Source: Lama guanicoe (taxonomy: Eukaryota). Taken from it: a stretch of DNA of 64,000 nucleotides. The notes under the pieces are model-generated. The model was not told the DNA's origin. It did no database searches and worked only from the letters and a program-made list of their open reading frames with translations. Positions 49,840 through 63,348 of the stretch are shown one piece after another. The DNA lies in the NCBI GenBank assembly GCA_013239625.1, contig MU054212.1, positions 1,302,001-1,366,000 of the forward strand. Reading direction: 5' to 3'. Position numbers and translations under genes: made by a program. Position 1 is the stretch's first letter. Every line of letters begins with the position of its first letter.

Positions 49840-49968
49840 AATGAGGAAATTGAAGCAATGGCAGCTATATATGGCGAGGAATGGTGTGTCATTGATGACT
49901 GTGCCAAAATATTTTGTATTAGAATTAGTGACGATATAGATGACCCAAAGTGGACACTTTGCTTGCAG
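49840..49968 (+). CDS. IMPACT: IMPACT exon 2, NEEIEAMAAIYGEEWCVIDDCAKIFCIRISDDIDDPKWTLCLQ (RWD domain)
   Basis: 129 nt, ctttcag| acceptor and |gtattt donor, phase 0 to 0. Confidence 0.97.
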
Positions 49969-50414
49969 GTATTTTTTCCCCTTCTCTACAACCATTTTCT
50001 TTATCTTTTTTTAACTTTACTTATTTACTTATTTTTACACAGCCATTTCCAACTTACAATATTGACTCTATATGATTGACTACTATTGTGTTTTTCTAAT
50101 GATTATTCTTGTGTGACTTGTTCTGAATTGTCTTTTTTTGTTGATGGCATTTGTTAACCACTGACGATCTAAACATATGGGTAATTAAATCTCAGATCAC
50201 TTTCAAGTTAACTTTCATTGATAGCCTCAATCTTTCCTATCTCAAATATTTTATTTATTTAAGTGTTCTTAGTGTACCTTGGCAGACTTGAGTTTCACTT
50301 CCATTATCCTGTCCATTTAATAGGAGAGGGTCTAAACCTGGGAAGATAGCTAAAATTTAAGAGGAAGAATAGGTTAGTAATTGAGATGGTTTATAGAGTA
50401 GATACTTATTTCTT

Positions 50415-50537
50415 ACTTTTCTTTTTAAATTAAAAAAAATTGGGGGGGGGTAATTAGGTTTACTTATTTACTTTTTAATGGCCAGGACCTTGTGCATGCT
50501 AAGCAAGCACTCTACCACTGAGCTATACCCTCACCCC
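50415..50537 (-). mobile_element. Vic-1-type SINE with internal deletion
   Basis: Reverse strand reads ggggtgagggtatagctcagtggtagag...caaggtcctggccattaaaa. TSD gatacttatttctt (50401-50414) / gatactcatttctt (50539-50552). Confidence 0.85.
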
Positions 50538-51140
50538 TGATACTCATTTCTTTATTAATTGGGAATCACTTGTGGCTAGGATAAATAAATGAAAAGGTCA
50601 CCCTATGGTTTTCTGTTTTAAAACTTATTTTGTTTATGACTGCTGATACTTTCAACATAAATGGTAAATTGAGTTTTTTGTCAGTATTTGTTTATAGTCA
50701 TACTAATTTGAAAAGAAATGTGGTTCTCTACTGTTAGTTATTTAAAGTATTTAATAGTATTTAGTAGGCTTTTAAAAAAATTTCTTAAGAATATCTGGAA
50801 CAGTATAGTGCTACTCTATTCATTTGGGGTTAGGGTGTAATGCCTCTATTTCAGTTTTTCTTTTCCTTTTGTCTTTGTCCTCCCCACCCTTATTTTCTAA
50901 ATTTTCATTGCTTTTATATTTTCTTTGCATATAATGATCTCTTTCTTAAAAAACTGGCATCATCATTAAGGTAGAAGCATAAATATGAGGAGGGAATTCT
51001 CTCCTGAGATTTAACAAAACAGTGGTTTTGTTTTTTAGTTTGGCAAGTTAGTAGTCTGTCCAGTGACTAGTCTTTATAAATGTAGTTATTTTTGAGCCAC
51101 GATGAAGTGTAAACAGATTTGTTTTTAAACTGCTTTGTAG

Positions 51141-51193
51141 GTGATGCTACCGAATGAATATCCAGGTACAGCTCCACCCATTTATCAGCTGAA
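51141..51193 (+). CDS. IMPACT: IMPACT exon 3, VMLPNEYPGTAPPIYQL(N)
   Basis: 53 nt, ttgtag| acceptor and |gtaagc donor. Contains the RWD YPxxxP motif. Confidence 0.97.
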
Positions 51194-52375
51194 GTAAGCT
51201 ATAATTCTACACTTATATTTTTATAAAAGGATTATGCTTAAAAAGATTATTTCTCTATACTGTACAGTGTTTTTATATAGAATATCTTTCTTAACAAAAT
51301 GTATATAGACATTAAAAACACCTTTGGACTTGGTATAGAGTACTTAAGTAAAAAAGTTAAATTATGTAAGAACACATTAATGTATGCCACTCAGTATGAA
51401 AGAGGATCACAGTGTTCATAGGGGTAAAATAGCTGCAGAATTGTCTTTAGAGATGGGGAAGGAAATCTTCCATTTACGTAACCTAGTAATCTAGAAAGCC
51501 TGGTCTGTAGAGTTTCTCCTAACCTGGTTCTGCTGAACTCGCCAGTTTCTTGACATGCCTCTGCCTAAGCTGGGCTGCCTTCCAGGAATCATCCGTGGTG
51601 CCTGTGGTGCTTGTTCTGCCCATTGCTGTCGAGGTACCATCTCAGCAGCCCAGGCTTAGTCTTAGTGAGTCATGCCTGCTGAGTCCAAGTAACCTCTGAT
51701 CCACCTTGCCTGCTTGACCTACTAAGATGTATAAACCTGTGCAGATGGAATTGCATTAAATCTCAATTACTAAAATGTCTATCTACCAGTGGGATTATTT
51801 TTTGTGTGTTTTAAAACCAGAGCAATACTATTTGCTATTAATAATGGTTCTGTAATTTTTCATTTTTTTAATTGAAAATGAAAGATGCGATCATAGAATA
51901 CTTGTCAACATTAGTGCCCTTTTCAGAAAAAGTTAATTTTTGTACAGTCACGTGGCAACCAGCTTATTTGTTGGAATTGTTTTTAAGTCACCAGTTAGAA
52001 AAAAATTGAGAACTCTTGATAGTGTGGCAAATATAGTGACTCTGGAAATTTATATTCTGGAACTTATTCTGCCACTTAGGTAAACGTGGGCAGGTTTATG
52101 ATAGCCTATGAACTCCCCTGTTTTTTAAACCATATTTTAATTGAATAATGTCGGTGTTAGTTTCATCATGGTTTTCTGGGAGGACTACATGAGTTAATGC
52201 CAATGAAAGCATTTTGGAACTGTATAGATTTATATAATACAACATTTTAATGAAAACATAATTTTTTTAAAAGTTAAATAAAAAAGATCAATTTGTGATT
52301 TAATTAGTATTTTCTCTTCAAGATATAAACACAATCTTTGAATAATCTTCTTTATTGTGTTTTATTTAATCTTAG

Positions 52376-52438
52376 TGCTCCTTGGCTTAAAGGACAAGAA
52401 CGTGCGGATTTATCAAATAGCCTTGAGGAAATATATAT
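52376..52438 (+). CDS. IMPACT: IMPACT exon 4, APWLKGQERADLSNSLEEIY(I)
   Basis: 63 nt, cttag| acceptor and |gtaagt donor, phase 2 to 2. Confidence 0.96.
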
Positions 52439-52849
52439 GTAAGTGATAGATGATTTTTTAAAAAATTCTATTAGTGACTCTGTTGTGGGCTTTTGTTGGA
52501 ACTGTGATATGTTAGGGTCTTTTCTAAACTTTTTGTTAAGCTGCCTTTCCATTAACAAAAAGGATGCACTTGAAAGATTGGTTATATAATTTTATATATA
52601 CATTTGATTTGAATTTTACTTACATACAAAAATACATTAGTATTTAGAACCAATAGCTATAAAAACACTTAGCTTATAAGGGTAAATTCAGATACTACTC
52701 TTATTTTGATATGCTATGTGAAATGAAATTTGTAACAGCAGAATCCTAAGCATAATTATTCATTAAACTACTATATACTTTTACTGGTAATTTTCTTGTA
52801 TTAGGCCATAATACTGAGGGTCTGTTGTATACTGTATTTTTCACTCTTA

Positions 52850-54390
52850 CATTCACTCAACAAATAGTACATGGCAGGCATTGTACTAGATCCTATACAT
52901 ACATAGTTAGCAAAACCAGAAATGGTCTCTGTTTTTATGGCATTTAGAATTTACTGGCAGAAGAGATATGACTCATAATATCACAAAAATGAGTGTAAAA
53001 CTGTAGCTGTGGTAAGTTTTGTTAAGAGAAAGGTGTTAATGTGCAGTACTAGTTTGAAACAAGACCTTACTTTGTCTAGCAGGTCAGGGATGACTTGGTT
53101 GACTTAAAAGCTGAGTAACTAAGTGAAGATGACTCCAGTGAAAGGCCGCAGCGTGTGCAAAGGCTCTGTGTCAAGGAGATTGGCACATGGCAAGACACAA
53201 ACTAATGGTGGTATGAAGTGGGAAGAGAGGAGAAGAGAGAGAAAGGAGCATGGTAGGAAAATGACATGGTGAGGTAGGCAGGGACGTTATGGAGAGTCCT
53301 GTAGGCCATGTTGAAGATTTTTGTCTTTTTTCCTAAGACTCCTGGGAAGCAGAGAGGGGCTTTAAGTGCTGTGATGCCATGATAAGATTTTCATTTTGAA
53401 AACACCCTTCTATTTCTGGGTGGAGAACTTATTGGAAAGGAGCAAGAACAGTTAGGAGGCAGATGCAGTAGTCCAGAGAAGATATTTCTGTGATATTTAG
53501 TGATTCCGTCATCCTCAGCATTTAAGTATTACTTATTTTCTCAATGAAATGTTTTCTGATACCTGTCCCTAACCTTACTGGCGACTCTACCTTTTGTGCC
53601 CCCAACAAACTTTTCTGTAATCTTTTTTTATGCTTATTTACCAGTGTATCTCCCCTCTTAAAGTAGAATGAGATATACTGTAAATTGCTCACCAAAGGTA
53701 TCGTAATTGTACATCTCATAGTCATTTTCTTTTCTTATCTTCCTTGATCTCTGTAATTTTGGGTGGTGTTGAACAGTTCCTCTTTCTTGAAAAACTTTCC
53801 ACACTTGGCTTCTGTCATGTTAACCGTATTCATCAGTTAGATTTTTCTCCTGTCTGTGCACAGTTTCATGCCCTCTGAAATGGCTTTCCATTTGCCTTTT
53901 TCTACCCCAAAAGTACCCCTCCACCCTTATTAAGAGATTCCCTCCTATAGGACACAACTTGCTGTTCTCTGTGACTAGTTCACTTGAGCTGTTTAAGAGT
54001 TAGGGAGGACCAGAAATTACAAATCATGTAGATGTGAAGCAACCTGACATCTTCAGAGTTGAGCAAGTAGTTTAACATGCCATGAATGTATACTGAGGTA
54101 GGTGTAAGAAAAAAGGACCTGTAAGCTGGGATATGGAGTTTGGAAACTATCTTGTAGGCTCTGGGCATTTTGGGAAGGGGTGATGTAATCAGGTTTGGTT
54201 GGCAGTGTGGAGGGTGGTCTGTGAAGAGTGTGAAAGGAGGGACACCACAGGAAGAGCAGTTAGTAACTTGGGAGGGAGACAGTGGAGACCTTTATTAAGA
54301 CAACAAGAACAGGAGGGAGAAGAATGGTCCGTTAAAGAAGTACCTAAGAATATAAACTAGGATTTGGTGATTGAGTAGATGTAGATTAAC
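52850..54390. mobile_element. L2 fragments in IMPACT intron 4
   Basis: cattcactcaacaaat...caggcattgtactag (reversed L2 3' end) plus further L2-like blocks. Confidence 0.65.
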
Positions 54391-54689
54391 TTGCTTATCA
54401 TACCTTATTTTTGTTTAAATATTTTGTGTATGGACATTTTGAATATATGAAAATAATTATTTTAATAAAACAAAAGGTAAATAACAGATTTAAAAATACT
54501 TTGAACATTATACTAATTGGTATTGAGAAAATAAAAGGGATTAAAATTTTTTTTAAATTTGAGTTTATAATGGTCCATTTCAACAATACTTAATTTAAAA
54601 TCCAAGAAAATGATTATTTTAATTTCCCACAGCTCTTCACATTTTGATGTATCATGAAGTCTTAGATTTGGAAGTTGGAGAGTGAGGCT

Positions 54690-55230
54690 TGTCAAAGCAA
54701 AAATTGCACCGGACCAAGTTAAACAGGCAAGGAAGACTTTCTTCAAGACTATTGCAGTAGAGGAGAGAGGCAGAAGAAAGTCTGAACTTGATTTCCTGAA
54801 ACAAAAGGCAGGGGAGTTTGAAGGGCTGGGATGAACTGTAGGAAATATGGAAGGATGTGGGGGGGAGGTTGGTCAGTGAGTGTCCAGCATGTTGTTACTT
54901 CCTGAGTCTGCAAGTGTGTTTGTCTGTGATTAGGCCATCTTTGTTTGCAGATTGTTGCTCATCAGAAGTTAGGCTCCTGCCCTCCCACAGGGACTAGGAG
55001 ATAGGGGCACTGTCTTCCCTGATGATTACATTTCAAAAGAATTGCTCCCAGGTCCATGAGAAAGGCACTCCCAGGTTCTAAAACTGACAAAACTTCTAAA
55101 AAGATATCCATACATCCCGAAGGAGCAAAGGAAGAATTTACAATTCTTTTCTAAAGAAAATGCTCTAAGAAAAGGGAGGTCAGAGCCTAGAGTCAGGAAG
55201 TTCTGCCTGTCTGAGGTTTAGTCAGGCTGT
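54690..55230 (-). mobile_element. ERV1-class solo LTR (MER31-like)
   Basis: tgtcaaagcaaaaattgcaccggaccaagttaaacaggcaaggaagacttt matches the remembered reversed MER31 end. Confidence 0.7.
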
Positions 55231-58206
55231 CTTGGCCAGGCTTCTGGAGTCAGGTTTTGAAATAGTGTGGCCTCTCTGAGTGTGTTTTCTCATCTGTAAA
55301 ATGAGGAAAGTAGAATAATATCATTGTGAAGATTAACTGTCATAGTCCATGGCATGTATTTTAGCACTGTATTATCGTAGCTCTCTTTTTTGTTCTTGCT
55401 AAAGGAGTCATCTCAACCAGTTTTGTCATTTTGAAAATGAGATAATGGAAGTTATTCAGATCAAGTGATTTGTCTAAGGTCACACAACTGATTAGTACAC
55501 TTCAGTAAATAGTTTACCCTTACGTCAACAAATACAAATGTTAGAGTATTAAAGATACAAAAATTAGAGCCATGATTAAAATGAGAGTCACAAGTAACTT
55601 GACTTTGTTTTGATCATTCTGTGTTGGATAATAGTTATTTAAGCATACTTAATCACAATTTATGTCAACTAAAATACCAGTTTTTAATCCAGGTTGGTCT
55701 TTTACTCAATTTGAAACAAATTGTATTCTGGACTTTTTATATTCAGCTACTTTACCATAATTTAATTTCATAAATAAAAGCTTAGCACTTCACTGCATAA
55801 TAAGTAGTCTTCATATTTTGCTCCAGTTCTTAAGATTCAGCAGACTTCCTCTAGGACCACTGAGAGAGAGAGGACTCCAGCTTTTGTCTGTTCTAATTTA
55901 TTCAGTCCTGTGAGAGATTTCATAACAGCAAAGGAAAAGTTTGAAAACCACCAAATCCTAGTCTATAGTTAAAAAGACATGAAAAATCAAATATACCTTA
56001 GTAAAGAAAAATATGAACAAACTATTGTCACATGAGAAAATAGAAATACATCAGTAACAACCATAGCAACAACAACCCACTAGATAGAACTTTTGGGTCC
56101 AAGAGCAAGGCTAATTTTCATTTTCTTCAGGAAACCTTTCACACCCACTACAACTTCCTTACACCAGATTTCAGTAAGTCTTGTTAAATGCTAGGGAAGA
56201 AAGCATTTGATAAATGATGTTGGGCAGAGTGCTATTGTATGCTATTCTGCGGGAAGCCGTGGGCCAGAGGAGAGGAAATTTGGAGTTCAGGTTTAATTCT
56301 TCTTTATTATTTGGAAAAATTACTTACTAATTGTGGAAATTCTTCCAAGGTGTTTTCTGCTTCCCACCTCCCCCAGTCCCCTAGCAACAACAGATCTGAA
56401 TGGGACTATATATATTCACAGAGGGATGAATTTCCTTTCTCAAAGGGTGGTTGTAAGGATTAAGTGAGGTAACAAAGCATTTTATACATGTCTTCTATAA
56501 AGTAGGTGTTTATTAAACACTAGATATTACTGTTACTACTTTTGATGATGGTGGTGTGATGAAGTCAATGAATGATATCAGGATATGGAGACAATTACAT
56601 ACAAAACTGTAGATTTGTAAGGATGATAATTACAAACACTGAGACATGAGGCCCAGTTTTCTCATTCACTTCCGTACCCCCAAGGCTGCACATGGTGCTT
56701 GGTGTATAGGTGAGGGCTTTAAAGATCTATTGAATGAATTAAGAAAAGTCCACTTGAAAAGAAGCTACTTTTGTAAAATAAGACAAGATACTACTGTAAA
56801 TCTGTTTTATAGATGAGGAAACAGACTCAGAGTTCAAGTGTCTTACTTGCCTAAGGGCACAGCTGCTTGATAAGAGAGCAAAATGCAGTGGTTGACCTGA
56901 GCTTTGGAGTAAGCCTGTGCTCACATTCTGACTTTGGACTTCTTACTGCTTATAAGACTGTCTTAGACAGGTTAGTTGATCTCTCTAGGTCTGTTTTCTC
57001 ATCTGTACAATGGGGAAATAAGACTTGCTGTTTGAGACAATTAATGAGCATTAAATGTGTTGATCTAGATCATGTACTTTGGTCTTAGCATACATTCAAT
57101 ACATTTTACCTTTCTTTGTCTATACCTCTAAATCTTTTACTGAAAGGAGAGGGTGGGATTGGAAATTGTTTAAAAGAAACTCAAACAACATTCTCAATTT
57201 TTTAAAACTTTTCCAGTTGACTTTTTCTTTATCCAAAAAAGGCAGATTACCAAAGAACACAGGGTCATTTTAGTGCTAAGGAATTTTGGGTGAGATGGGG
57301 AGGATTTAAGGGTACAGAATTATTTGAAAACAGTGTTGTTTTTTCCTGTATGCTTGTTTTGAAAGTTTCCTTTGGTGGGTGCTGATGTGTGGTGATAAAG
57401 AGAGATAATGGTTTTAAGGGCAACTTTTAGCGGAAGGAGAGGTAAGGTATTATGAAGTAGTGTGGTGATTTCTTTAAAACATACATATTAAAACTTATCT
57501 GAAATTACTGTCATTCCCTAAAGAGTAGATATTAGGGCCTTTATTTTATTGCTGTTGCCATCATTTAACATAACTCTGACAAGTTCTTTTTCTCAGTGTG
57601 CCTTTGAGATGGATTTAATCATCTGAGGCAGCCAAACAGTTATTTGGAACCAGAATGAATCAATTTGAGCAATAGAATACTTTGTTGAAAACAAAATATG
57701 AATGTAAAGTTTTGCACTGATTATCTTTTAATTTTAAGTCTTGTAAATTGGCTTTCTGAGGGATTTTATCAGATTATTTGTATTCTTCTTTGTTGAAATT
57801 AGTATACCAAATAAGTGGTTTGAAATTGTTCAAAAAGTTTAAAAAAGCAAGCAATGATTGGACATCAATACTGAAATTATATTCACTGATAGAAACTAAA
57901 TCACATTTATATCTATCTTAATTTATCCAGTTCAAGTTCAGAAATTTCCTTTCTCCTCTTTGGTTACAACTCTTCTGCTTATTGTAAGTAAGCAGTGTTA
58001 ATTTGGGAGCCAGTTGGAATTTTTTAATGTTGATATATTAAATACTCATCTATAAATATTAGTAATCTCATGTTTTTATAAGTTCCTTTTTAAAAATGGT
58101 GGCTAGATTGCACATGATTTCTTAGATTCTAAGTATGTCTATATTTTCTTAAATATGAGAAGGAAATGTTTTTAATAATAATTTTTTCCCTCTGAATTTT
58201 GTTTAG

Positions 58207-58292
58207 ACAGAATATTGGTGAAAGTATTCTTTATCTGTGGGTGGAGAAAATAAGAGATGTTCTAATACAAAAATCTCAGATGACAGAACCAG
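58207..58292 (+). CDS. IMPACT: IMPACT exon 5, QNIGESILYLWVEKIRDVLIQKSQMTEP(G)
   Basis: 86 nt, tttag| acceptor and |gtagga donor, phase 2 to 1. Confidence 0.96.
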
Positions 58293-58719
58293 GTAGGATT
58301 GAAAAATGTTATCAGTGCTCTTTTGATTTACAGTAATTAAATTTTTATGTAGATATTCTAATTGAAAGTTTTAATGAAAAATCTATGCTGTTTTATAGTT
58401 TATATATGATAAAATATGTTTCTCCTGAAAGTTTTTTACTTATGTAATTATGATAATTTCTTTCTATAAGGTTTAGCCTCTTTGGTTGCATATTACTGTA
58501 AACTCATAGAAATAGAATTTAATGGCTAAAGAACTTAGGTCAAAAATCTGCTTTCTTTGACTACTGTTAAGGTAATATGAACCATGTAACATTCTTCATG
58601 AATTATTAGACTATATAAGTTAGACATTAGCTTCAAATGAGTGTAGTGCTTATATAAAGAGAACTTTGGAAAACACACTGACCAATATTTGGGATATAAA
58701 AATTGACTTTGAAAATTGA

Positions 58720-58860
58720 TTTTTTAAATTGAGATGTAATTCACATATCATAATTATTCACCCTTTTAATTACTCACCAATTAAAATGTATAATTCAGTG
58801 GTTTTTAGTATATTCCAAACTTGTGCAGCCATCACCACTATCTGATTTCAGGACATTTGA
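58720..58860 (-). mobile_element. L1M 3'-end fragment
   Basis: ttttttaaattgagatgtaattcacata...ttgtgcagccatcaccactat. Confidence 0.75.
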
Positions 58861-60374
58861 AAATGATACTGTGCTTTATTACTATGAATCTTTTATTTAA
58901 TCATTAAGTATATAACAACATGGAAATTTCTAATGTTCTCTGTTTACTTTGTTCCACTTACCACAAAGGCTTTTGACAGGAAAATAACTCTTCTAAGCCT
59001 GATTTTATTTTCAAATAAAGTTTTATTGTTATGTAGTCTATTTACTAATTTTCAGATGGGTTATTTATAGGGACCAGTTATTGAAGATGCCCTCATCAAA
59101 ATAAGTATACATTTAAAGTTGATAGTAATATATATTTTTCCAGAGCATTTTACTATTTTTCTATAGAAGCAAGTGTTTTTACTGCTTCCGCTAAAGTTAA
59201 AGAGATAAATGATATGAAGATATTCTGGTCATGGGACAATCTGTTTTGAAGTATTTTCCTTAACTTTTAATGTTCCATGTTCTGATTTTGCAGCATTTCA
59301 GGGCATCTGAGAAGAGTGGTTTCAAAACAAAATTGATTTTTGCCAATCCGCCATTCTAGAGTGTGGGATAATTGCAAAAATGCAATTGATACTGGTAAAA
59401 ATTTAGGACTCCAAAAAGTTTGGGATCACTCAACTATTAGAAAATTTTAAAAATTATTGATCTTAAAAATGATATTTTCCTTCTCCCAGCTATATCCATA
59501 ATTTAGTTTAGCCACTCTTGAGATTTGAGAGTTATTTGATTTAGGTTGTATAATTTATAAATTAAAAAAATTCTGTTTGGGATTTTTAAAATCAAAAATT
59601 GTTTTTGTAGACTTCATATTAAAATGGAAGAATTAACAATTCTGAAGTACAAATAAGGTATAAGATAGTGTTTGATATATCTCATGAGAATTTTCTTCTC
59701 CAGGGTACTTACTTGACAAGCAATTTATTTTTATTTTACTATTAATCTTCAGTACAAATTTATTATTTATTATTTCATTTTTTCTACTATAGAAATATTA
59801 AATTTTAAAATAATTATATACAGCTATTTAAACTTTAAAAAAATTCTGAACTAATTTTGGGCCTATAGAAAAGTTGGAAAATAGTCTCATATCCCTTGCC
59901 CTGCTTCCCCTAGTACCATCTTATATAAAGTATAAGGATCAAGAACAGAAAGCTAACATTGATATAATATCAACTAAGCTAAAGAGCTTATTTGAATTTC
60001 ACTAATTTTTCCACTACTTTTCATTCTGCTGTTTAGGGTCCTGTCCAGAAATCTATGATGCATTCAGTTATTTCTCCTTACTTCCTTCTAGTCTGTAAAT
60101 AGTTCCCCAGTCTTTCCTTGACTTTCATGATCTGACACTTTTGATGAGTACTGACCATTTTGAGGAATATCCTCAGTTTGCGTTTGCTCATTGTTTTCTC
60201 ATGATTGGAGTAAAAGTAGGCATTTTGGTGAGAATACCACAAAAATGATACTGTCTTCTTTACAGTGTATTATATCAAGGAGTTCATGGTGTCATTATGT
60301 TTTATGATTGTTGATGTTTACCTTGATTCCTTGGTTAAGGTGTTATCTGCCAGATGTCTCCACTGTAAAGTTAC

Positions 60375-60428
60375 TGTATTGGTTCAGGTTCTGTAGAGAA
60401 ACAGAACCAGTACTAGGTGTATATATTA

Positions 60429-60475
<47 letters not shown>

Positions 60476-60923
60476 ATGTATTTACTTATTTGTAAAGAGG
60501 AGGAGGGAAAAAGAGAGAGAAGGGGGAGAGGAGGGAGAGAGAGAGGAAAAAGAGGGTGAGAGAGATATTGATTAACTGATTTGAAGGAACTGGCTCACGA
60601 GATTGTGTAGGCTAGCAAGTCCAGAGTCTGCAGGGTGGGCTGGCAGGTTGAGACCTAGGGAAGAATCGATGCTGCAGCTCAAGTCTGAAGGCTGTGTGCT
60701 GGCAGAATTCCTTCTGTCTCCGTGGAAGTCAGTCCTTTTTCTTTTAAGACCTTAACTGGATGAGGTTCACTCACATTATGGAGGGTGATCTGCTTTACCC
60801 AAAGTCAGTGAATTTGAATATGAATGCCATCTAAGAAATACCTTCACAGAAACATCTAGAATAGCGTTTGACCAAAATCTGTGTACACAGCCTAGGCAAG
60901 CTGACATATAAAGGTAACTATCA
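60375..60923 (-). mobile_element. MLT2 (ERVL) solo LTR with internal microsatellite
   Basis: tgtattggttcaggttctgtagagaaacagaacca...ctgacatataaaggtaactatca. Near-TSD gttac/gttgc. Confidence 0.85.
60433..60480. repeat. (TG)n(TATG)n microsatellite followed by a GA-rich tract
   Basis: Read directly from the sequence. Confidence 0.95.
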
Positions 60924-61310
60924 GTTGCTGTCTTTCCCTTTGTAGTTGTTAAGTATCTTGTGGGAGATACTTTGAGGCTCATGTATATTATTTCGTGGGT
61001 TAAAATTCCATACTATCATTATTTTGTTGCTGAAATTGTTCCAGGTTTGCCCTTTAGGAGCTCTCAGATAGGTTCCTGTGTTCTTTTTATAAGGTCCCAA
61101 ATTTTTTTGAGTATGTCTTTACTCTCTGGAATCACAGGATATTCCAGGCTTATCTTGTATTTTCCTTGTCTCAACCCTGGAGTCAACCCCTTCTCATGGG
61201 AGCTCTGGTCCCTCTTACTAAGAATGGTATTTAGAGACGAAGACTAGTGATTTCTTAAGTGTAATTTCTTACTGTCTTATGATCACTCATCATGTCTCAT
61301 ATCCACTTAG

Positions 61311-61433
61311 GCCCAGATGTAAAGAAGAAAACTGAAGAGGAAGATGTTGAATGTGAAGATGATCTCATTTTAGCATGTCAACCAGAAAATCCAGTCAAAG
61401 CATTGGATTTTGATATCAGTGAAAGTCAGACAG
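61311..61433 (+). CDS. IMPACT: IMPACT exon 6, PDVKKKTEEEDVECEDDLILACQPENPVKALDFDISESQT(E) (acidic linker)
   Basis: 123 nt, cttag| acceptor and |gtatgt donor, phase 1 to 1. Confidence 0.96.
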
Positions 61434-63250
61434 GTATGTTATAAGTTTCTTTTGAGGAAAGTGGGATAGTAGCATTATAAAGTGTTCTGAATGGTATAGT
61501 AATTTAGTAAACTCTCACATGTGAGGAAATATTTATTTGTAGAGAACTGGGTTTTTTTCCCCTGTCTCTTGGCCATTTTTGTATTTGCAAGACCTATCAG
61601 AATGGTGAGGGAAAAACAGAAGTTTGCTTTTTTTTTTTTGCTACTAATCTAGAATTTTGAATTAGTGGCAGGAGAAATTAAAACTAAGAAAAGCTGTGTT
61701 AATATTTCCAATTCACATCCTGTTTTTATATTTCTATTTTGGAATCCTTAGCTGTCCCTGATGTCTCAGAGTTAAATTTTAGTCTATGCTCACAGATATA
61801 AGTATAATAATTAAAGGTGCAGTCACTGAATTAAAGCTAGTAAAATGACTTTAAGATTTTAGTTTTTGCTTAAGCAGATCTGTTTCATCATTACTTAGTA
61901 TTCAACTTATGAATAGGCTGATGTGATAAATCAGTTCTATGTTTCTATCAGAAAATATGTTCCATTTTAGTATTTAAAAATTTTGAATGATACTATTAGT
62001 TTCCTCAAGTCTTTAAAAAACATGATAGATGAGGGGGAACTTTTGGAGTAAGGAGTCTCCTATGCCATTATATAGCAGCTTTTAAACAGTATCATGAAAA
62101 TTTAAAGTTCTTGTATAGTGTCTCAGGACTAGTAGAAAGGGACAAAGAGGAAATGAAAGAAAAGACACAGGATAGCTGCCCCTATTTCAGTCTAAGTAGC
62201 TTCCATTTTACTCATTCATGTATTATGGATTCGGCATAAGATCTCTTTTGGGAAATAGGATCCACTATTAAAAGAAAAAGTGAAAAATCAGTCATAAGAA
62301 ATAGCATCCAGTTCGTATTAACCTTAGTGCTGTATTAGTACAGTGCTCACAGTGGTTCAAGAGGAGAACCCTACTCGGGGAAGGTAAAACATCCTGCATA
62401 AACCTGGTTTCTTGTTTTAGTCCTGCCACAAACAAGTGCAGTGGTTTTTTGCAAGTTATTTAAAGTCTTCAGAAACATTTTTACAAATATAGTTGAAGTG
62501 TTTCATCAATTAGAAGGCAAACTGACTTGGTAAGTAAGATTCAGCAGATCAGTGAACAGAAATAGGAAAAAAATTAAATTCTTCTTTTCTGAATAACTTT
62601 TCGTCCTAAATGAGGCAGGTGCAGTAGCTAGGATGGTTGATAAGTTTCTCAACTATGTTAAGAATAAGACTTATGATTCTTAAGCTTGTTTAAAAGGCAG
62701 AATAACTGGAAATCACATTACTTGATGGAATACCAACTTGTTGTACTGTTGACATATTCAGTTCTGTGAAGTAGGAACAGTTTTATTAGCTGAAGACATT
62801 ATATTACAGCTATACAAAATAAAGTCATAGGTTTCCTAACCCAGAGGTCCATCAACAGTAGAGTCGATAAATATGTTATGGTGTATTAGCAGCTGTCAAT
62901 CTTTTTGGTCTTAGGACCCCTTTATACTCATAAAAATTAGGTATATTACACCAACTTACACTACTGAATCCAGGATTTGAGTCCCAATCCACCATTTCCA
63001 CTGGGTGACCTTGGCAAGTGAAAATCATTTATAAGTCAAGTAGTTTTATCTTAATGTACAGTATAGTGGGAAACTTTTTACTAAAATTATAATTTAATTT
63101 TAAAGGACGACTATTGCTGGTTATTTGAGTTGATTCACCATATAATTTACATCTCTTTCCCAACTTCCCTCCCCATACCATTGCCAATTTTTCAGTATTT
63201 GAATGTAAAAATTTAAAAAATAAAAGTAATATAATTCTTTAAATTTATAG

Positions 63251-63348
63251 AAATAGAAGAGTTACCTCCGATTGATCATGGCATTCCTATTACAGACCGA
63301 AGAAGTACTTTTCAGGCACACTTGGCTCCAGTAGTTTGTCCCAAACAG
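63251..63348 (+). CDS. IMPACT: IMPACT exon 7, IEELPPIDHGIPITDRRSTFQAHLAPVVCPKQ (start of the ancient UPF0029/YigZ-like domain)
   Basis: 98 nt, ttatag| acceptor and |gtaaag donor, phase 1 to 0. DRRSTFQAH motif. The gene continues beyond the window. Confidence 0.96.

Larger units (their letters stand above)
59840..61245 (-). mobile_element. L1MC-type 3' end split by an MLT2 LTR
   Basis: gttccccagtctttccttgactttcatgat...; gatattccaggcttatcttgtattttcc...gaatggtatttagagac. Confidence 0.75.
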
